Assembly (NCBI GenBank): GCA_964400205.1
Contig: CAYNTU010000010.1
Location: 891 to 64,890 of the forward strand
DNA length: 64,000 nt
Reading direction: 5' to 3'
Origin: an uncultured Microbacterium sp.
Lineage (GTDB): Bacteria; Actinomycetota; Actinomycetes; Actinomycetales; Microbacteriaceae
Notes under the pieces: generated by a model
What the model saw: the letters and a program-made list of their open reading frames with translations, nothing else
Database searches by the model: none
Told to the model about the DNA's origin: nothing
Part shown: piece after piece, positions 51,648-61,720 of the stretch
Layout: each line of letters begins with the position of its first letter
Position numbering within the stretch: the first letter of the stretch is position 1
Position numbers and translations under genes: made by a program

Positions 51648-53844
51648 GCACGCGATCCAGGTGCACGATGTCGCCCATCTCAAATGCAAAACGACTGAGT
51701 GCCAGCCGGTCGCTCGTCGTGCGAACGCTCGCGTCGAGGATGTTGACGTGGTGTTCACTCAAGACGCGCGTGACGTCCATGAGGAGTCCGGCCCGGTCAA
51801 GCGCCTCGACGCCAATTTGCACGAGGAAGACGGCTTTTGTGCTGCCGCTCCATTCGACGTCGACGAGTCGGTCCGGTTCACTGCCCAACGCTTTGACATT
51901 GACGCAATCCGCGCGGTGGACCGATACCCCGCTGCCACGCGTGACGAACCCGACGATTTCGTCACCGGGAACGGGCGTGCAGCACTTCGCGATCTTCACG
52001 AGGATGTCGTCTGCACCACGAACGAGGATTCCGGAATCGCCGTGACGCGGCGCACGACGTTTGCCGATACCGGGTACCTCAAATGGTTCCGCAACATCGT
52101 CATCCGTTGAGGCAACGAGCGCCGAAACCTTCTCAATAACGGATTGCGTCGAAACGTGCCCTTCACCAACGGCCGCATAGAGCGCAGAGACATCCTCGTA
52201 CCGCATGCCCGTCGCGACCTCGCCGAGGGCTTCTTGCGTCATGAGACGCTGCAGCGGAAGGTTCTGACGACGCATTGCTCGTGCAATCGCGTCTTTGCCC
52301 TGTTCGATCGCGTCGTCGCGGCGTTCCTTCGTGAACCAACCGCGGATCTTATTGCGAGCACGGTTGCTCTTGACGAACGAGAGCCAGTCCTGGCTTGGGC
52401 TCGCGTCGGGGTTCTTCGAGGTGAATATCTCAACGACATCACCACTCTTGAGGGGTGTGTCGAGGGGAACCAATCGGTCGTTGACCTTGGCCCCCATCGT
52501 GCGGTGCCCGACCTCTGTGTGAACGGCGTAGGCAAAGTCGACGGGCGTCGCATCCGCCGGAAGGCCGATAACCCTGCCCTTAGGCGTAAAGACGTAGACC
52601 TCGCGGGCGCCGATTTCGAAACGCAACGACTCGAGGAACTCCCCGGGATCGTTGGTGTCAGCCTGCCAATCCGAGATGTGGGCGAGCCAGGCCATATCGG
52701 TCGTTGGCACGTCTGGCGTGTTGCGCCCGCCATTCATGCGCTCTTTGTACTTCCAGTGCGCGGCGACGCCGTACTCCGCTTGACGATGCATTTCGTCGGT
52801 ACGGATCTGAATCTCGACGGTTCGACCACCGGGGCCAATCACCGTCGTGTGCAGCGACTGGTACAGATTGAACTTCGGCGTCGCGATGTAATCCTTGAAG
52901 CGGCCAGGCAGCGGTGTCCAGCGGGCATGGATCGCGCCCAGCACTGCGTAGCAATCCCGCACACTGGCGACGAGCACCCGGAGGCCAATGAGGTCGTAGA
53001 TGTCGTCGAAGTCTCGACCGCGAACGATCATCTTTTGATAGACGGAGTACAGCTGTTTCTCGCGTCCGACAACCGTGCCTTTGATGCGCAGCTCCCGGAG
53101 GTCTTCTTGGATGTCATCCATGACCTCTTGCAAGTACGCGTCGCGACGGGGTGCACGCTCAGCAACAAGCGAATCAATCTCGGCGTAAATCTTGGGGTGC
53201 AAGACGGCGAAAGAAAGATCTTCAAGCTCGCTCTTGATGGTTTGGATACCGAGACGGTGCGCGAGCGGTGCGTAGATCTCGAGCGTCTCTTTCGCCTTCT
53301 TCTGTGACTTTTCGGGGGCAACGAACCCCCAGGTACGCGCGTTGTGCAGGCGGTCAGCGAGCTTGATGAGCAGAACGCGGATGTCTTTTGACATCGCAAC
53401 GATCATCTTTCGTACGGTCTCGGCCTGCGCAGCGTCGCCGTATTTGACCTTGTCGAGCTTCGTGACACCATCAACGAGCATGGCAACTTCGGCACCAAAC
53501 GCCTGTTGCAACTCTTCGAGCGTGTAGCCCGTGTCTTCTACCGTGTCGTGCAGGAGCGCTGCGGCGATGGCGCGAGGCCCCAAACCAAGCTCGGCAAGAA
53601 TCTGCGCAACAGCGAGCGGATGCGTGATGTATGGCTCGCCACTTTGGCGAAACTGTGTGCTGTGCTTGTCGGCTGCAACGGCGTAGGCACGCTCGATGAT
53701 CTGCACGTCACCTTTGGGGTGATGCGTACGAACCGTGCGAACGAGATTGTCGAGTTCGCCCTCCCGATTCGAGCGCGAGAAAATGCGCGGGACAAGCCGC
53801 CGCAGGCTGGAACCCTGCCCAGTCGTCGACGTGTTCTCAACCAT
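51589..53844 (-). CDS. relA: bifunctional (p)ppGpp synthetase/hydrolase RelA/SpoT (Rel)
   Basis: 751 aa with an HD hydrolase (HPLAVA..LHDTVED), a synthetase domain, and TGS and ACT domains. Confidence 0.96.
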   Translation of the reverse strand: MVENTSTTGQGSSLRRLVPRIFSRSNREGELDNLVRTVRTHHPKGDVQIIERAYAVAADKHSTQFRQSGEPYITHPLAVAQILAELGLGPRAIAAALLHDTVEDTGYTLEELQQAFGAEVAMLVDGVTKLDKVKYGDAAQAETVRKMIVAMSKDIRVLLIKLADRLHNARTWGFVAPEKSQKKAKETLEIYAPLAHRLGIQTIKSELEDLSFAVLHPKIYAEIDSLVAERAPRRDAYLQEVMDDIQEDLRELRIKGTVVGREKQLYSVYQKMIVRGRDFDDIYDLIGLRVLVASVRDCYAVLGAIHARWTPLPGRFKDYIATPKFNLYQSLHTTVIGPGGRTVEIQIRTDEMHRQAEYGVAAHWKYKERMNGGRNTPDVPTTDMAWLAHISDWQADTNDPGEFLESLRFEIGAREVYVFTPKGRVIGLPADATPVDFAYAVHTEVGHRTMGAKVNDRLVPLDTPLKSGDVVEIFTSKNPDASPSQDWLSFVKSNRARNKIRGWFTKERRDDAIEQGKDAIARAMRRQNLPLQRLMTQEALGEVATGMRYEDVSALYAAVGEGHVSTQSVIEKVSALVASTDDDVAEPFEVPGIGKRRAPRHGDSGILVRGADDILVKIAKCCTPVPGDEIVGFVTRGSGVSVHRADCVNVKALGSEPDRLVDVEWSGSTKAVFLVQIGVEALDRAGLLMDVTRVLSEHHVNILDASVRTTSDRLALSRFAFEMGDIVHLDRVLNAVRRIDGVYDVYRVTSS

Positions 53845-53881
53845 TGAACAAGCCTACGCCTCGAGCATTCCCCACCCGTGC

Positions 53882-54850
53882 TTAGGCAGCCTCGCGCGCC
53901 GCGAGCACACGAGCATCCGACTCTTGAATCTCTGGCTCGTTCTCTCGCAAAAGCGAGTACAACGGCGCCGCGACAAAGATGGTCGAATACGTCGCGACGA
54001 GGATGCCGACAAGAATCGAGAGCGAAATATCGGTCAGCGTGTCAGCACCGAGCCAAATCGCACCGATGAACAGAATCGCGGCAACTGGCAGGGCGGCCAC
54101 GACCGAGGTATTGACCGAACGCACGAGCGTCTGATTGACAGCAAGGTTGACGGATTCCCCAAAGGTGCGTGACGACGCAGCGGAAGTGTTCTCTCGAATC
54201 TTGTCGAAGACAACCGTTGTGTCATACAGGGAGTACGCGAGAATCGTCAGGAAGCCGATGACAGCCGCGGGCGAAATCTCAAAGCCAAAGAGCGAATAGA
54301 TTCCGACCGTCACGATGAGCACGTCAACCAGGCCGATGATCGCAGCAAGCGACATCTTCCACGTACGGAAGTAAATTGCGAGGATCAAGAAGGTCAGCGC
54401 AAGAAAGACCACGAGGCCCCACAGCGACTGCTTCGTGACGTTCTGGCCCCACGTCGGGCCAATGAAGGTGTCGCTCACGCTATCAACCGAGACACCGTAG
54501 GCCTCGGCAAGTGCCGACTTGAGCTCATTCGTCTCGACGTCAGAAAGCTGATCCGTCTGTACGCGAACGTCTTTGTCGCCGAGCACCGTCACGCGCGAAG
54601 CGACCTCGGGAACGACCTGCTTGACAGCTTCGGTCGCAATTGCCTGATCGGTTGACGCCGGCGCATCGATCGTGAACTGCGATCCACCTGTGAACTCGAT
54701 CGAGAAGTGCGGCGGCTTAACAAACAGCACAAGCAGCGAACCGACGACGAGGGCGATCGCGACGATGAACCATGTGCGACGCTTTTCGACAAACGGGAAT
54801 GAAGTCTTGCCCGTGTAGAGGTTGTTTCCGAGCGTTGTGAGCTTACCCAT
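53882..54850 (-). CDS. secF: protein translocase subunit SecF
   Basis: 322 aa with six TM segments and the SecF pattern (YDTTVVFDKIREN). Confidence 0.95.
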   Translation of the reverse strand: MGKLTTLGNNLYTGKTSFPFVEKRRTWFIVAIALVVGSLLVLFVKPPHFSIEFTGGSQFTIDAPASTDQAIATEAVKQVVPEVASRVTVLGDKDVRVQTDQLSDVETNELKSALAEAYGVSVDSVSDTFIGPTWGQNVTKQSLWGLVVFLALTFLILAIYFRTWKMSLAAIIGLVDVLIVTVGIYSLFGFEISPAAVIGFLTILAYSLYDTTVVFDKIRENTSAASSRTFGESVNLAVNQTLVRSVNTSVVAALPVAAILFIGAIWLGADTLTDISLSILVGILVATYSTIFVAAPLYSLLRENEPEIQESDARVLAAREAA

Positions 54851-56574
54851 CAGTTCTTGTCTCCTTCGCCGGTCTTCGCGGCGAGTGCTTCCGCGCGTCT
54901 GCGCTCGGCGATCGTCTGACGACGCTCAGCTTCGTTGCGCGACTTTGCACGCTTCGCGTTCTTGCCGTGACTCGTGACGATTGCGTGGCGGAACACCTCG
55001 CGATCCTTTCGAATCGCTCCGAGTGCCTCGGGGTCCATTCCCGAGAGCGGGTGACCGTCGCCGAAGAACTTCGTACGAGCGAGCAACTGCATGACGGGGT
55101 GCGTGAAGATCACGAAGATGAAGACGTCAATGAGGGTCGTGAGGCCGAGCGTGAAAGCAAAGCCCTTGACGGTCGAGTCAGCCAGGATGTACAGCACGAC
55201 TGCCGCGAGCAAGTTGATCGACTTCGAGATGTAGATCGTTCGCTTTGCTCTATCCCAGCCCTCTTCGACGGCAGCCGTAACGGGGCGGCCCTCACGCAAT
55301 TCGTCTCGGATGCGCTCGAAGTACACAATGAACGAGTCGGCACAGAAACCAACCGCCACGATGAGACCCGCGACACCGGCGAGCGAGAGGCGGAAGCCCA
55401 TTCGCCACGACAGGATCGCAATGAGGATGTAGGTAATAACCGCCATAACGACGAGCGAGCCAATGATGACGACACCCAGTGCCCGATAGCTCAGGAGCGA
55501 GTAGATCGCGACGAGCCCCAGACCGATGAGGCCGGCAATAAGACCGATCTGCAGTTGCTGCGAACCGAGGGTCGCCGAGACTGTCGACGAGCTCTCGACC
55601 GTAAAGCTCAGGGGCAAGGCACCGAACTTCAGTTGGTCGGCGAGCGTCTTCGAGGTCTCTGCCGTGAACGTGCCAGAGATACTGGGGCGGCCGTCGAGGA
55701 TCGCCGCCTGCATGACGGGTGCAGAGAGCACGCGCCCATCGAGCACGAACGCGAACTGATCGCGCGGCGTAGCGCCCTGTTGTTTGAGGGCAAACAGGCG
55801 CTGCGAGATGTCAGCGAATTGCTTCGTACCCTCGTCGTCGAGCTTGAGGTTGACCGTCCATAGGTTGCGCTGCGTGTCGAGGCCATTGGTGGCGTCAACA
55901 ATCTGCGAACCGTCCATCTCGACGGGACCCAGGAGGTACTTGACCTGGTTCGTCTCATCACAGGTGATGAGGGGCTGCGTCGGGTCGTCAAGGTGCCCGG
56001 GGTCGGTGTTCTGGTCAGCGACACAGTCGTAGTAGTCGAACTCCGTCTGCAAGGCAGGCGTGATCCAGTTCGCATCGCTGCCGTGCTCGGGCTCCGCCGT
56101 CGGCGTCGACTCCTGCGCTTCGGTCGGCCGCGGGATAGGCGTCATCTGGTTGTCTTCGCCAACGAAGGCTGGCTGACCGTTGCCCGCTTGCAGCAGCACG
56201 GCCCGAAGCTCGAGCTGTGCACTTGCCTGAATCCGCTCACGGGTCGCGTCATCCGCATTGCCGGGAACCGAAACAACAATGTTGCGGCCACCCTCTGTCG
56301 CAACCTCGGTCTCAGCGACACCCGCCGCGTCAACACGCTGGCGGATGATGGAAGCGGCGTGATCGAGCTGCTCTTGCGTGGGCGCGGCACCGTCGGGCGT
56401 CGCCGCCGCGAGCACGATCTGCGTACCACCCTGCAGGTCGAGGGCGAGCTCAGGCTTCCAAGAGCTCTGACCGGCGAGAACACCGCCGAGGTTGATGCCA
56501 AAGAGCACCAGAATTGAGATGGCGAGCCAGAGCAGAACTTTCCAGGCGTGCCGAACGGAGGTCGAAAGCGTCAC
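54850..56574 (-). CDS. secD: protein translocase subunit SecD
   Basis: 574 aa with a large periplasmic loop and LDLQGG near the N-terminus. Its stop codon overlaps the secF start codon by 1 nt. Confidence 0.95.
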   Translation of the reverse strand: MTLSTSVRHAWKVLLWLAISILVLFGINLGGVLAGQSSWKPELALDLQGGTQIVLAAATPDGAAPTQEQLDHAASIIRQRVDAAGVAETEVATEGGRNIVVSVPGNADDATRERIQASAQLELRAVLLQAGNGQPAFVGEDNQMTPIPRPTEAQESTPTAEPEHGSDANWITPALQTEFDYYDCVADQNTDPGHLDDPTQPLITCDETNQVKYLLGPVEMDGSQIVDATNGLDTQRNLWTVNLKLDDEGTKQFADISQRLFALKQQGATPRDQFAFVLDGRVLSAPVMQAAILDGRPSISGTFTAETSKTLADQLKFGALPLSFTVESSSTVSATLGSQQLQIGLIAGLIGLGLVAIYSLLSYRALGVVIIGSLVVMAVITYILIAILSWRMGFRLSLAGVAGLIVAVGFCADSFIVYFERIRDELREGRPVTAAVEEGWDRAKRTIYISKSINLLAAVVLYILADSTVKGFAFTLGLTTLIDVFIFVIFTHPVMQLLARTKFFGDGHPLSGMDPEALGAIRKDREVFRHAIVTSHGKNAKRAKSRNEAERRQTIAERRRAEALAAKTGEGDKN

Positions 56575-56585
56575 TGCTTACCTAA

Positions 56586-56972
56586 TTACTTCGTGTTGTC
56601 GGTGTCGTCAGAAAGGCCAAGGCGCTTCTGCGTGTCGTCAAGCTTCTCTTCGGCAGCATCCACGACCGAATCTGCCTCTTCGGCAATGGGTTCTTCGAGC
56701 GGCGCAACGCGAGCTACCGCCTGCGAGTGCACCTCAATGACAGTGCCGGGGGCGATCTCGAGCTTGACGGGTGCATTGAGGTCATCGGGGTCGTACGTCA
56801 CGATGTAGCCGTAGATGCCGCTGTTGAGCATGACGCGTGCGCCGGGAACCATGTCGCGAGCCTTCTGCTCCTGCTGCTGCTTCATGGCTGCCTTGCGACG
56901 GCGGCTGCTGAAGAAGAACATCGCGACCAGCAGCACCATGGCGCCGATCAAAAAGAGATCCTGGGAACCCAT
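56586..56972 (-). CDS. yajC: preprotein translocase subunit YajC
   Basis: 128 aa with one TM, then RRRKAAMKQQQ..PGARVMLNSGIYG, and an acidic C-terminal extension. Confidence 0.88.
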   Translation of the reverse strand: MGSQDLFLIGAMVLLVAMFFFSSRRRKAAMKQQQEQKARDMVPGARVMLNSGIYGYIVTYDPDDLNAPVKLEIAPGTVIEVHSQAVARVAPLEEPIAEEADSVVDAAEEKLDDTQKRLGLSDDTDNTK

Positions 56973-57069
56973 GTGGGAGACCTTCCGTGTGGGCTCGTTC
57001 GCTCGAAACGCGAACGTGCGGGGTGCTGTGAACGCAGACGCAGCACAACGAGTAACCAGTATAGGCGAG

Positions 57070-58095
57070 TTACAGCGGCAGACCCGGAGCGCTCAACCCT
57101 AAGTGTTCGTATGCGGCGGGCATTGCGATTCGCCCGCGCGGCGTGCGCCCGAGGAATCCGATTCTCACGAGATACGGTTCGACGACGCTCTCGATCGTTT
57201 CTGGCTCCTCACCGACCGAAACTGCGAGCGTGCTCAGACCGACGGGCCCTCCCCCAAAGCGCTTCACGAGCGCATCAAGAATCGCGCGGTCAAGCCGGTC
57301 GAGCCCAAGCTCATCAACGTCGTAGAGTTCGAGCGCCTCGGCAACCTGCGTCGTCGTCGGTGCTGCGCCAGAGCCGTGCACGAGCGCATAGTCACGAACG
57401 CGACGAACGAGGCGGTTGGCAATTCGCGGTGTGCCACGCGATCGGCGTGCAAGCTCGACGACCGATTCAGCCGTGAGCGAGACACCGAGCAGACTTGCGG
57501 TACGAGCGATGACCTGCTCGAGTTCTTGCGGCTCGTAGTACTCAAGGTGCCCAGTGAAGCCGAAGCGGTCGCGGAGGGGGTTTGGAAGTAACCCAGATCG
57601 TGTAGTTGCGCCAACGAGCGTGAACGGCGCCAGCTCAAGCGGAATGCTTGTTGCGCCCGCGCCCTTACCAACCATGATGTCAACACGGAAATCTTCCATC
57701 GCGAGATACAGCATCTCTTCGGCTGAACGAGCCATACGGTGGATCTCGTCGATGAAGAGCACCTCACCCGGGCTCAAGCTCGACAAGAGCGCTGCGAGGT
57801 CGCCCGCGTGCTGGATCGCCGGCCCAGACGAGAGCCGAAGCGGCCTGCCTGATTCATGCGCGATGATCATCGCCAATGTCGTCTTGCCGAGCCCCGGAGG
57901 GCCTGCAAGCAGTACGTGGTCTGGTGTGCGATCTTGCAATCGTGCGGCGTCGAGCAACAGCTGAAGCTGCTTGCGTACCTTCACCTGCCCAACGAACTCA
58001 CCCAGCTTGGCGGGGCGAAGTGCCCCTTCGATGGCAAGTTCGGTTTCGTCGCCCGGTTCACCGCTGTCGCGCACAACGCTCTCGTCGTAACTCAC
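57070..58095 (-). CDS. ruvB: Holliday junction branch migration DNA helicase RuvB
   Basis: 341 aa with [21 protein letters not shown] and FIDEIHR. Confidence 0.98.
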   Translation of the reverse strand: MSYDESVVRDSGEPGDETELAIEGALRPAKLGEFVGQVKVRKQLQLLLDAARLQDRTPDHVLLAGPPGLGKTTLAMIIAHESGRPLRLSSGPAIQHAGDLAALLSSLSPGEVLFIDEIHRMARSAEEMLYLAMEDFRVDIMVGKGAGATSIPLELAPFTLVGATTRSGLLPNPLRDRFGFTGHLEYYEPQELEQVIARTASLLGVSLTAESVVELARRSRGTPRIANRLVRRVRDYALVHGSGAAPTTTQVAEALELYDVDELGLDRLDRAILDALVKRFGGGPVGLSTLAVSVGEEPETIESVVEPYLVRIGFLGRTPRGRIAMPAAYEHLGLSAPGLPL

Positions 58096-58703
58096 GCTCG
58101 CACTCCGGGTGAGAGATTCGCAAGCGCCTGACGTAGCAGAACAGACAAGGAATCACGATCTGCTTCACTCGCCTGTTCGATCGTGTGTGACGCTGCCTCA
58201 CGAGCCACACGCTCATTCCACCCAAGGCTCACGAGCGTCTCGACAAGCTGTGGTTCAAGATTCTTTTCGGATGCAGCTGTTGCGGGTGTCGTGTGCGCGG
58301 CAACAGCGTCGAGCTTGCCTGCGAGCTGGACAACAATGAGCTTTGCCGTCTTCGGCCCGATGCCGGAAACACGCCGGAACGCAGCATCGTCATCGTTGGT
58401 GACGGCGAGCGCAATCTGTTCAACCGTCATGTGATTCAAGACGCCGAGCGCAGACTTAGGGCCAACCCCGCTCACGCCGAGCAGAATGTGAAAAACCGCG
58501 AGTTCCGACTCATCGGCAAAGCCGTAGAGCGAAAACGCATCATCGCGCACGATGAGCGCCGTGTGTAAAAACACCTCGGCACCGTTTGCGAGGGACTGTG
58601 CGAACCCGGCGGGCACAGAAACCCCGAGCCCCACCCCGCCAACTTCGACCACGAGTGCGTCGTTCTGGCGCGAAAGCACGCGGCCGCGCAGGGTTGAGAT
58701 CAT
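58092..58703 (-). CDS. ruvA: Holliday junction branch migration protein RuvA
   Basis: 203 aa, MISTLRGRV.., with two HhH motifs ([20 protein letters not shown]). Confidence 0.95.
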   Translation of the reverse strand: MISTLRGRVLSRQNDALVVEVGGVGLGVSVPAGFAQSLANGAEVFLHTALIVRDDAFSLYGFADESELAVFHILLGVSGVGPKSALGVLNHMTVEQIALAVTNDDDAAFRRVSGIGPKTAKLIVVQLAGKLDAVAAHTTPATAASEKNLEPQLVETLVSLGWNERVAREAASHTIEQASEADRDSLSVLLRQALANLSPGVRA

Positions 58704-58712
58704 GAACCCAGC

Positions 58713-59348
58713 CTAGCGAGAGGCTCGTACATACGTTCGAGCGACACGCGAACTGCGAGCCTCTGCGTCCTTCCAGGCTTGTTGCGCCGGTGTCAGAACA
58801 CCGCCTCGAGTTTTGGCGATTTCAGTCGCGCTCGCGCCCTCAAGCAGAGCGCCCGCTCCCCCTGCGCCGCGCCAGGCGTGGCAGATGGCGATCGCGAGCG
58901 CGTCAGCGGCATCCGCTGGCTTGGGCGCCTCATCGAGGCGCAAGATGCGTGCGATCATCGTTTGCACCTGCTTCTTGTCGGCAGCGCCGTACCCGCTCAC
59001 CGCAGCCTTGACTTCGCTCGGGGTGTGCGTTGCGACAGGAAGGCCAGATTCTGTCGCGATCAGCAAGGCAACGCCGCTCACCTGCGCCGTGCCCATGACG
59101 GTCGAGCGGTTGTTTTGTGCAAAGACGCGTTCAACCGCGACGGCATCGGGCGAGTGGTTTGCGATAGCCGCACGGATGCCCCGGGCAACCAGTTCGAGCC
59201 GTGCGCCAAGTTCATCACCGGCTGGCGTGCGAATGACACCCGCGACAACGAGTTCGACGTTGCGGCCCGGCAAGACGTCGACCACGCCGAAGCCGCAGCG
59301 TGTGAGGCCCGGATCGATTCCGAGGACGCGGGTCTTGGGCTGAGGCAC
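58713..59348 (-). CDS. ruvC: crossover junction endodeoxyribonuclease RuvC
   Basis: 211 aa with RVLGIDPGLTRCGFGVV and ADALAIAICH. Confidence 0.95.
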   Translation of the reverse strand: MPQPKTRVLGIDPGLTRCGFGVVDVLPGRNVELVVAGVIRTPAGDELGARLELVARGIRAAIANHSPDAVAVERVFAQNNRSTVMGTAQVSGVALLIATESGLPVATHTPSEVKAAVSGYGAADKKQVQTMIARILRLDEAPKPADAADALAIAICHAWRGAGGAGALLEGASATEIAKTRGGVLTPAQQAWKDAEARSSRVARTYVRASR

Positions 59349-59357
59349 GCCCTCAGG

Positions 59358-60116
59358 TTACTCGTCGGCTTCGAGCTCGGCCTGCACCTCGGCGGGCAGG
59401 TCGAAGTTTGCAAAGACGTTCTGTACGTCATCGCTGTCTTCAAGCGCGTCAATCAGGCGGAAGACCTTGCGAGCCGTCTCAGCGTCAATTGGCACCTTGA
59501 GGTTCGGCACAAACTCAACATCGGCCGATTCATAGTCGAGCCCCGCCTCGGTCAGCGCGGTACGCACCGCGACCAAATCGCTCGGATCGGTGATGACCTC
59601 GAACCCCTGAGCGTGGGGCTCAACCTCTTCCGCGCCAGCTTCAAGCGCTGCAAGCATCACATCGTCTTCCGTCGTGTTTTCGCCGTTGATGACGATGACG
59701 CCCTTGCGCTCAAAGTTGTACGCTACCGAGCCCGGGTCAGCCAGGTTCGCACCATTGCGGCTCAGCGCCGTGCGCACCTCAGCTGCTGCACGGTTCTTGT
59801 TGTCGGTCAGACATTCGATGAGCAGCGCGACGCCGTTGGGCCCGTAGCCTTCGTACATGATGTTGTCATAGCTGACGCTCTCACTGCCGATACCGGCACC
59901 ACGCTTGATGGCGCGTTCGATGTTGTCCTTCGGGACCGACATCTTCTTCGCCTTGTAGACGGCGTCAAAAAGCGTCGGGTTTCCGGCTTCGTCGGGGCCA
60001 CCGAGCTTGGCTGCAACCTCGATGTTTTTGATGAGCTTGGCCCAGCTCTTCGCACGGCGGGCGTCGATGACGGCCTTCTTGTGCTTCGTGGTTGCCCATT
60101 TGGAGTGCCCGGACAT
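59358..60116 (-). CDS. yebC: YebC/PmpR family DNA-binding transcriptional regulator
   Basis: 252 aa, begins [15 protein letters not shown]. Confidence 0.95.
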   Translation of the reverse strand: MSGHSKWATTKHKKAVIDARRAKSWAKLIKNIEVAAKLGGPDEAGNPTLFDAVYKAKKMSVPKDNIERAIKRGAGIGSESVSYDNIMYEGYGPNGVALLIECLTDNKNRAAAEVRTALSRNGANLADPGSVAYNFERKGVIVINGENTTEDDVMLAALEAGAEEVEPHAQGFEVITDPSDLVAVRTALTEAGLDYESADVEFVPNLKVPIDAETARKVFRLIDALEDSDDVQNVFANFDLPAEVQAELEADE

Positions 60117-60150
60117 AGTGCTCCTCTACGTAAAACTGCCGTCGTACAGT

Positions 60151-60762
60151 TTACGCGGCCGCTCGCCTCGCACGTGCCAGCTCGATGAGGCGTTCGTGAA
60201 ACCGGGTTTCGCCATCCATCTCAGGGTGAAATGCCGTGCCAAGCAGATTCCCCTGCTGAACCGCCACGACTCGACCATCGGCGAGTGCGGAGAGGACCTC
60301 GACAGCTGGTCCAACGGAAACAACTTCGGGAGCGCGGATGAACGTCGCCGCAACAGGTGCCTCGAAGCCCGCGACAGGAAGCGTTGTTTGAAACGAGTCA
60401 ATCTGTCGGCCAAAGGCGTTGCGGCGCACAACAACATCGAGGCCACCAAAACCTGCTTGGCCTTCGATGCCGTCGACCACCTCATCCGCAAGCAGAATCA
60501 GACCTGCGCACGTGCCATAAACCGGGAGCCCAGCACGGATTGCAGCGCGAAGTTGCCCTGCCAAAGCGGAGGTGCGTGCGAGCTTGTCGATAACGCTCGA
60601 TTCGCCACCCGGAATAACGAGCGCCTCGACCTCGGCCAGCTCCTCAGCACGGCGCACAAGCGAAACGGTTGCGCCGAGCCGCTCGAGCACTCGCACGTGT
60701 TCCCGTACGTCGCCCTGGAGCGCCAAGACCCCAACGCGCACGGGGGCTTCGGCTGTTACCAA
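60151..60762 (-). CDS. pdxT: pyridoxal 5'-phosphate synthase glutaminase subunit PdxT
   Basis: 203 aa with [22 protein letters not shown] and FHPE. Confidence 0.95.
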   Translation of the reverse strand: MVTAEAPVRVGVLALQGDVREHVRVLERLGATVSLVRRAEELAEVEALVIPGGESSVIDKLARTSALAGQLRAAIRAGLPVYGTCAGLILLADEVVDGIEGQAGFGGLDVVVRRNAFGRQIDSFQTTLPVAGFEAPVAATFIRAPEVVSVGPAVEVLSALADGRVVAVQQGNLLGTAFHPEMDGETRFHERLIELARARRAAA

Positions 60763-61655
60763 CCGCGTTCCGCCAATCGGTGCGGCGCCGGAACGTCCTG
60801 CACATTGATGCCGACCATAGCCTCACCAAGCCCGCGAGAGACCTCTGCGATAACCGCGGGGTCATCGTAGAACGTCGTCGCCTTGACGATTGCCTTTGCG
60901 CGTTCGGCCGGGTTACCCGACTTGAAAATACCCGAGCCAACAAAAACGCCATCGGCGCCAAGTTGCATCATCATTGCGGCATCCGCTGGTGTTGCGACAC
61001 CGCCCGCCACGAAGAGCACGACGGGCAACTCGCCAGTGTCGGCGATCTGCTTTACGAGCTCGTATGGTGCCTGCAGCTCTTTTGCCGCGACGTACAGCTC
61101 GTCTTTGCTGAGCGACGTCAAACCGGCAATCTCGCCTTTGATCTTGCGGATGTGCTTCATGGCCTCTGAGACATCGCCCGTGCCAGCCTCGCCCTTTGAG
61201 CGAATCATGGAAGCACCTTCTGTGATGCGGCGCAGTGCCTCGCCAAGGTTGGTCGCACCGCACACGAATGGCACGGTGAACTGCGTCTTATCGATGTGGT
61301 TGACGTAATCTGCCGGGCTCAACACTTCGGATTCGTCGATGCAATCGACGCCGAGCTCCTGCAGCACCTGCGCCTCAACGAAGTGCCCAATGCGCGCTTT
61401 CGCCATGACGGGGATCGAGACAGCGTTGATGATCCCGTCGATCAAATCGGGGTCGCTCATCCGTGCGACACCACCCTGTGCGCGGATGTCTGCGGGCACA
61501 CGCTCGAGTGCCATGACCGCAACAGCCCCGGCATCCTCGGCGATCTTCGCCTGCTCTGCGTCGACGACGTCCATAATGACACCGCCCTTGAGCATCTCGG
61601 CGAGGCCGCGATTGAGGGTTGGAGTGCCGCTTGCAACAGGGGTTTCTTTTGTCAT
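60756..61655 (-). CDS. pdxS: pyridoxal 5'-phosphate synthase lyase subunit PdxS
   Basis: 299 aa with [20 protein letters not shown] and GEAGTG. Confidence 0.98.
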   Translation of the reverse strand: MTKETPVASGTPTLNRGLAEMLKGGVIMDVVDAEQAKIAEDAGAVAVMALERVPADIRAQGGVARMSDPDLIDGIINAVSIPVMAKARIGHFVEAQVLQELGVDCIDESEVLSPADYVNHIDKTQFTVPFVCGATNLGEALRRITEGASMIRSKGEAGTGDVSEAMKHIRKIKGEIAGLTSLSKDELYVAAKELQAPYELVKQIADTGELPVVLFVAGGVATPADAAMMMQLGADGVFVGSGIFKSGNPAERAKAIVKATTFYDDPAVIAEVSRGLGEAMVGINVQDVPAPHRLAERGW

Positions 61656-61691
61656 AGGCCAAACAGTAGCATCGCTTTGTCATATGCCAAA
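61648..61691. promoter_or_regulatory. two 16-nt direct repeats TTTGTCATA(G/T)GCCAAA (61648-61663, 61676-61691), a candidate PdxR operator
   Basis: Read directly, 15/16 identical, 28 bp start to start, in the 65-bp pdxS/pdxR divergent intergenic region. Copy 1 covers the pdxS start codon. Confidence 0.45.
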
Positions 61692-61720
61692 ACGAGACGG
61701 CCTGACTATGATCGATTGTT

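Noticed and set aside
61681-61683. Upstream ATG within repeat copy 2 as an alternative pdxS start or uORF.
   Set aside because: It is 28 nt upstream and therefore out of frame with pdxS. The canonical MTKETPV.. start at 61655 gives a full-length PdxS, and the similarity is better explained as a repeated operator motif.
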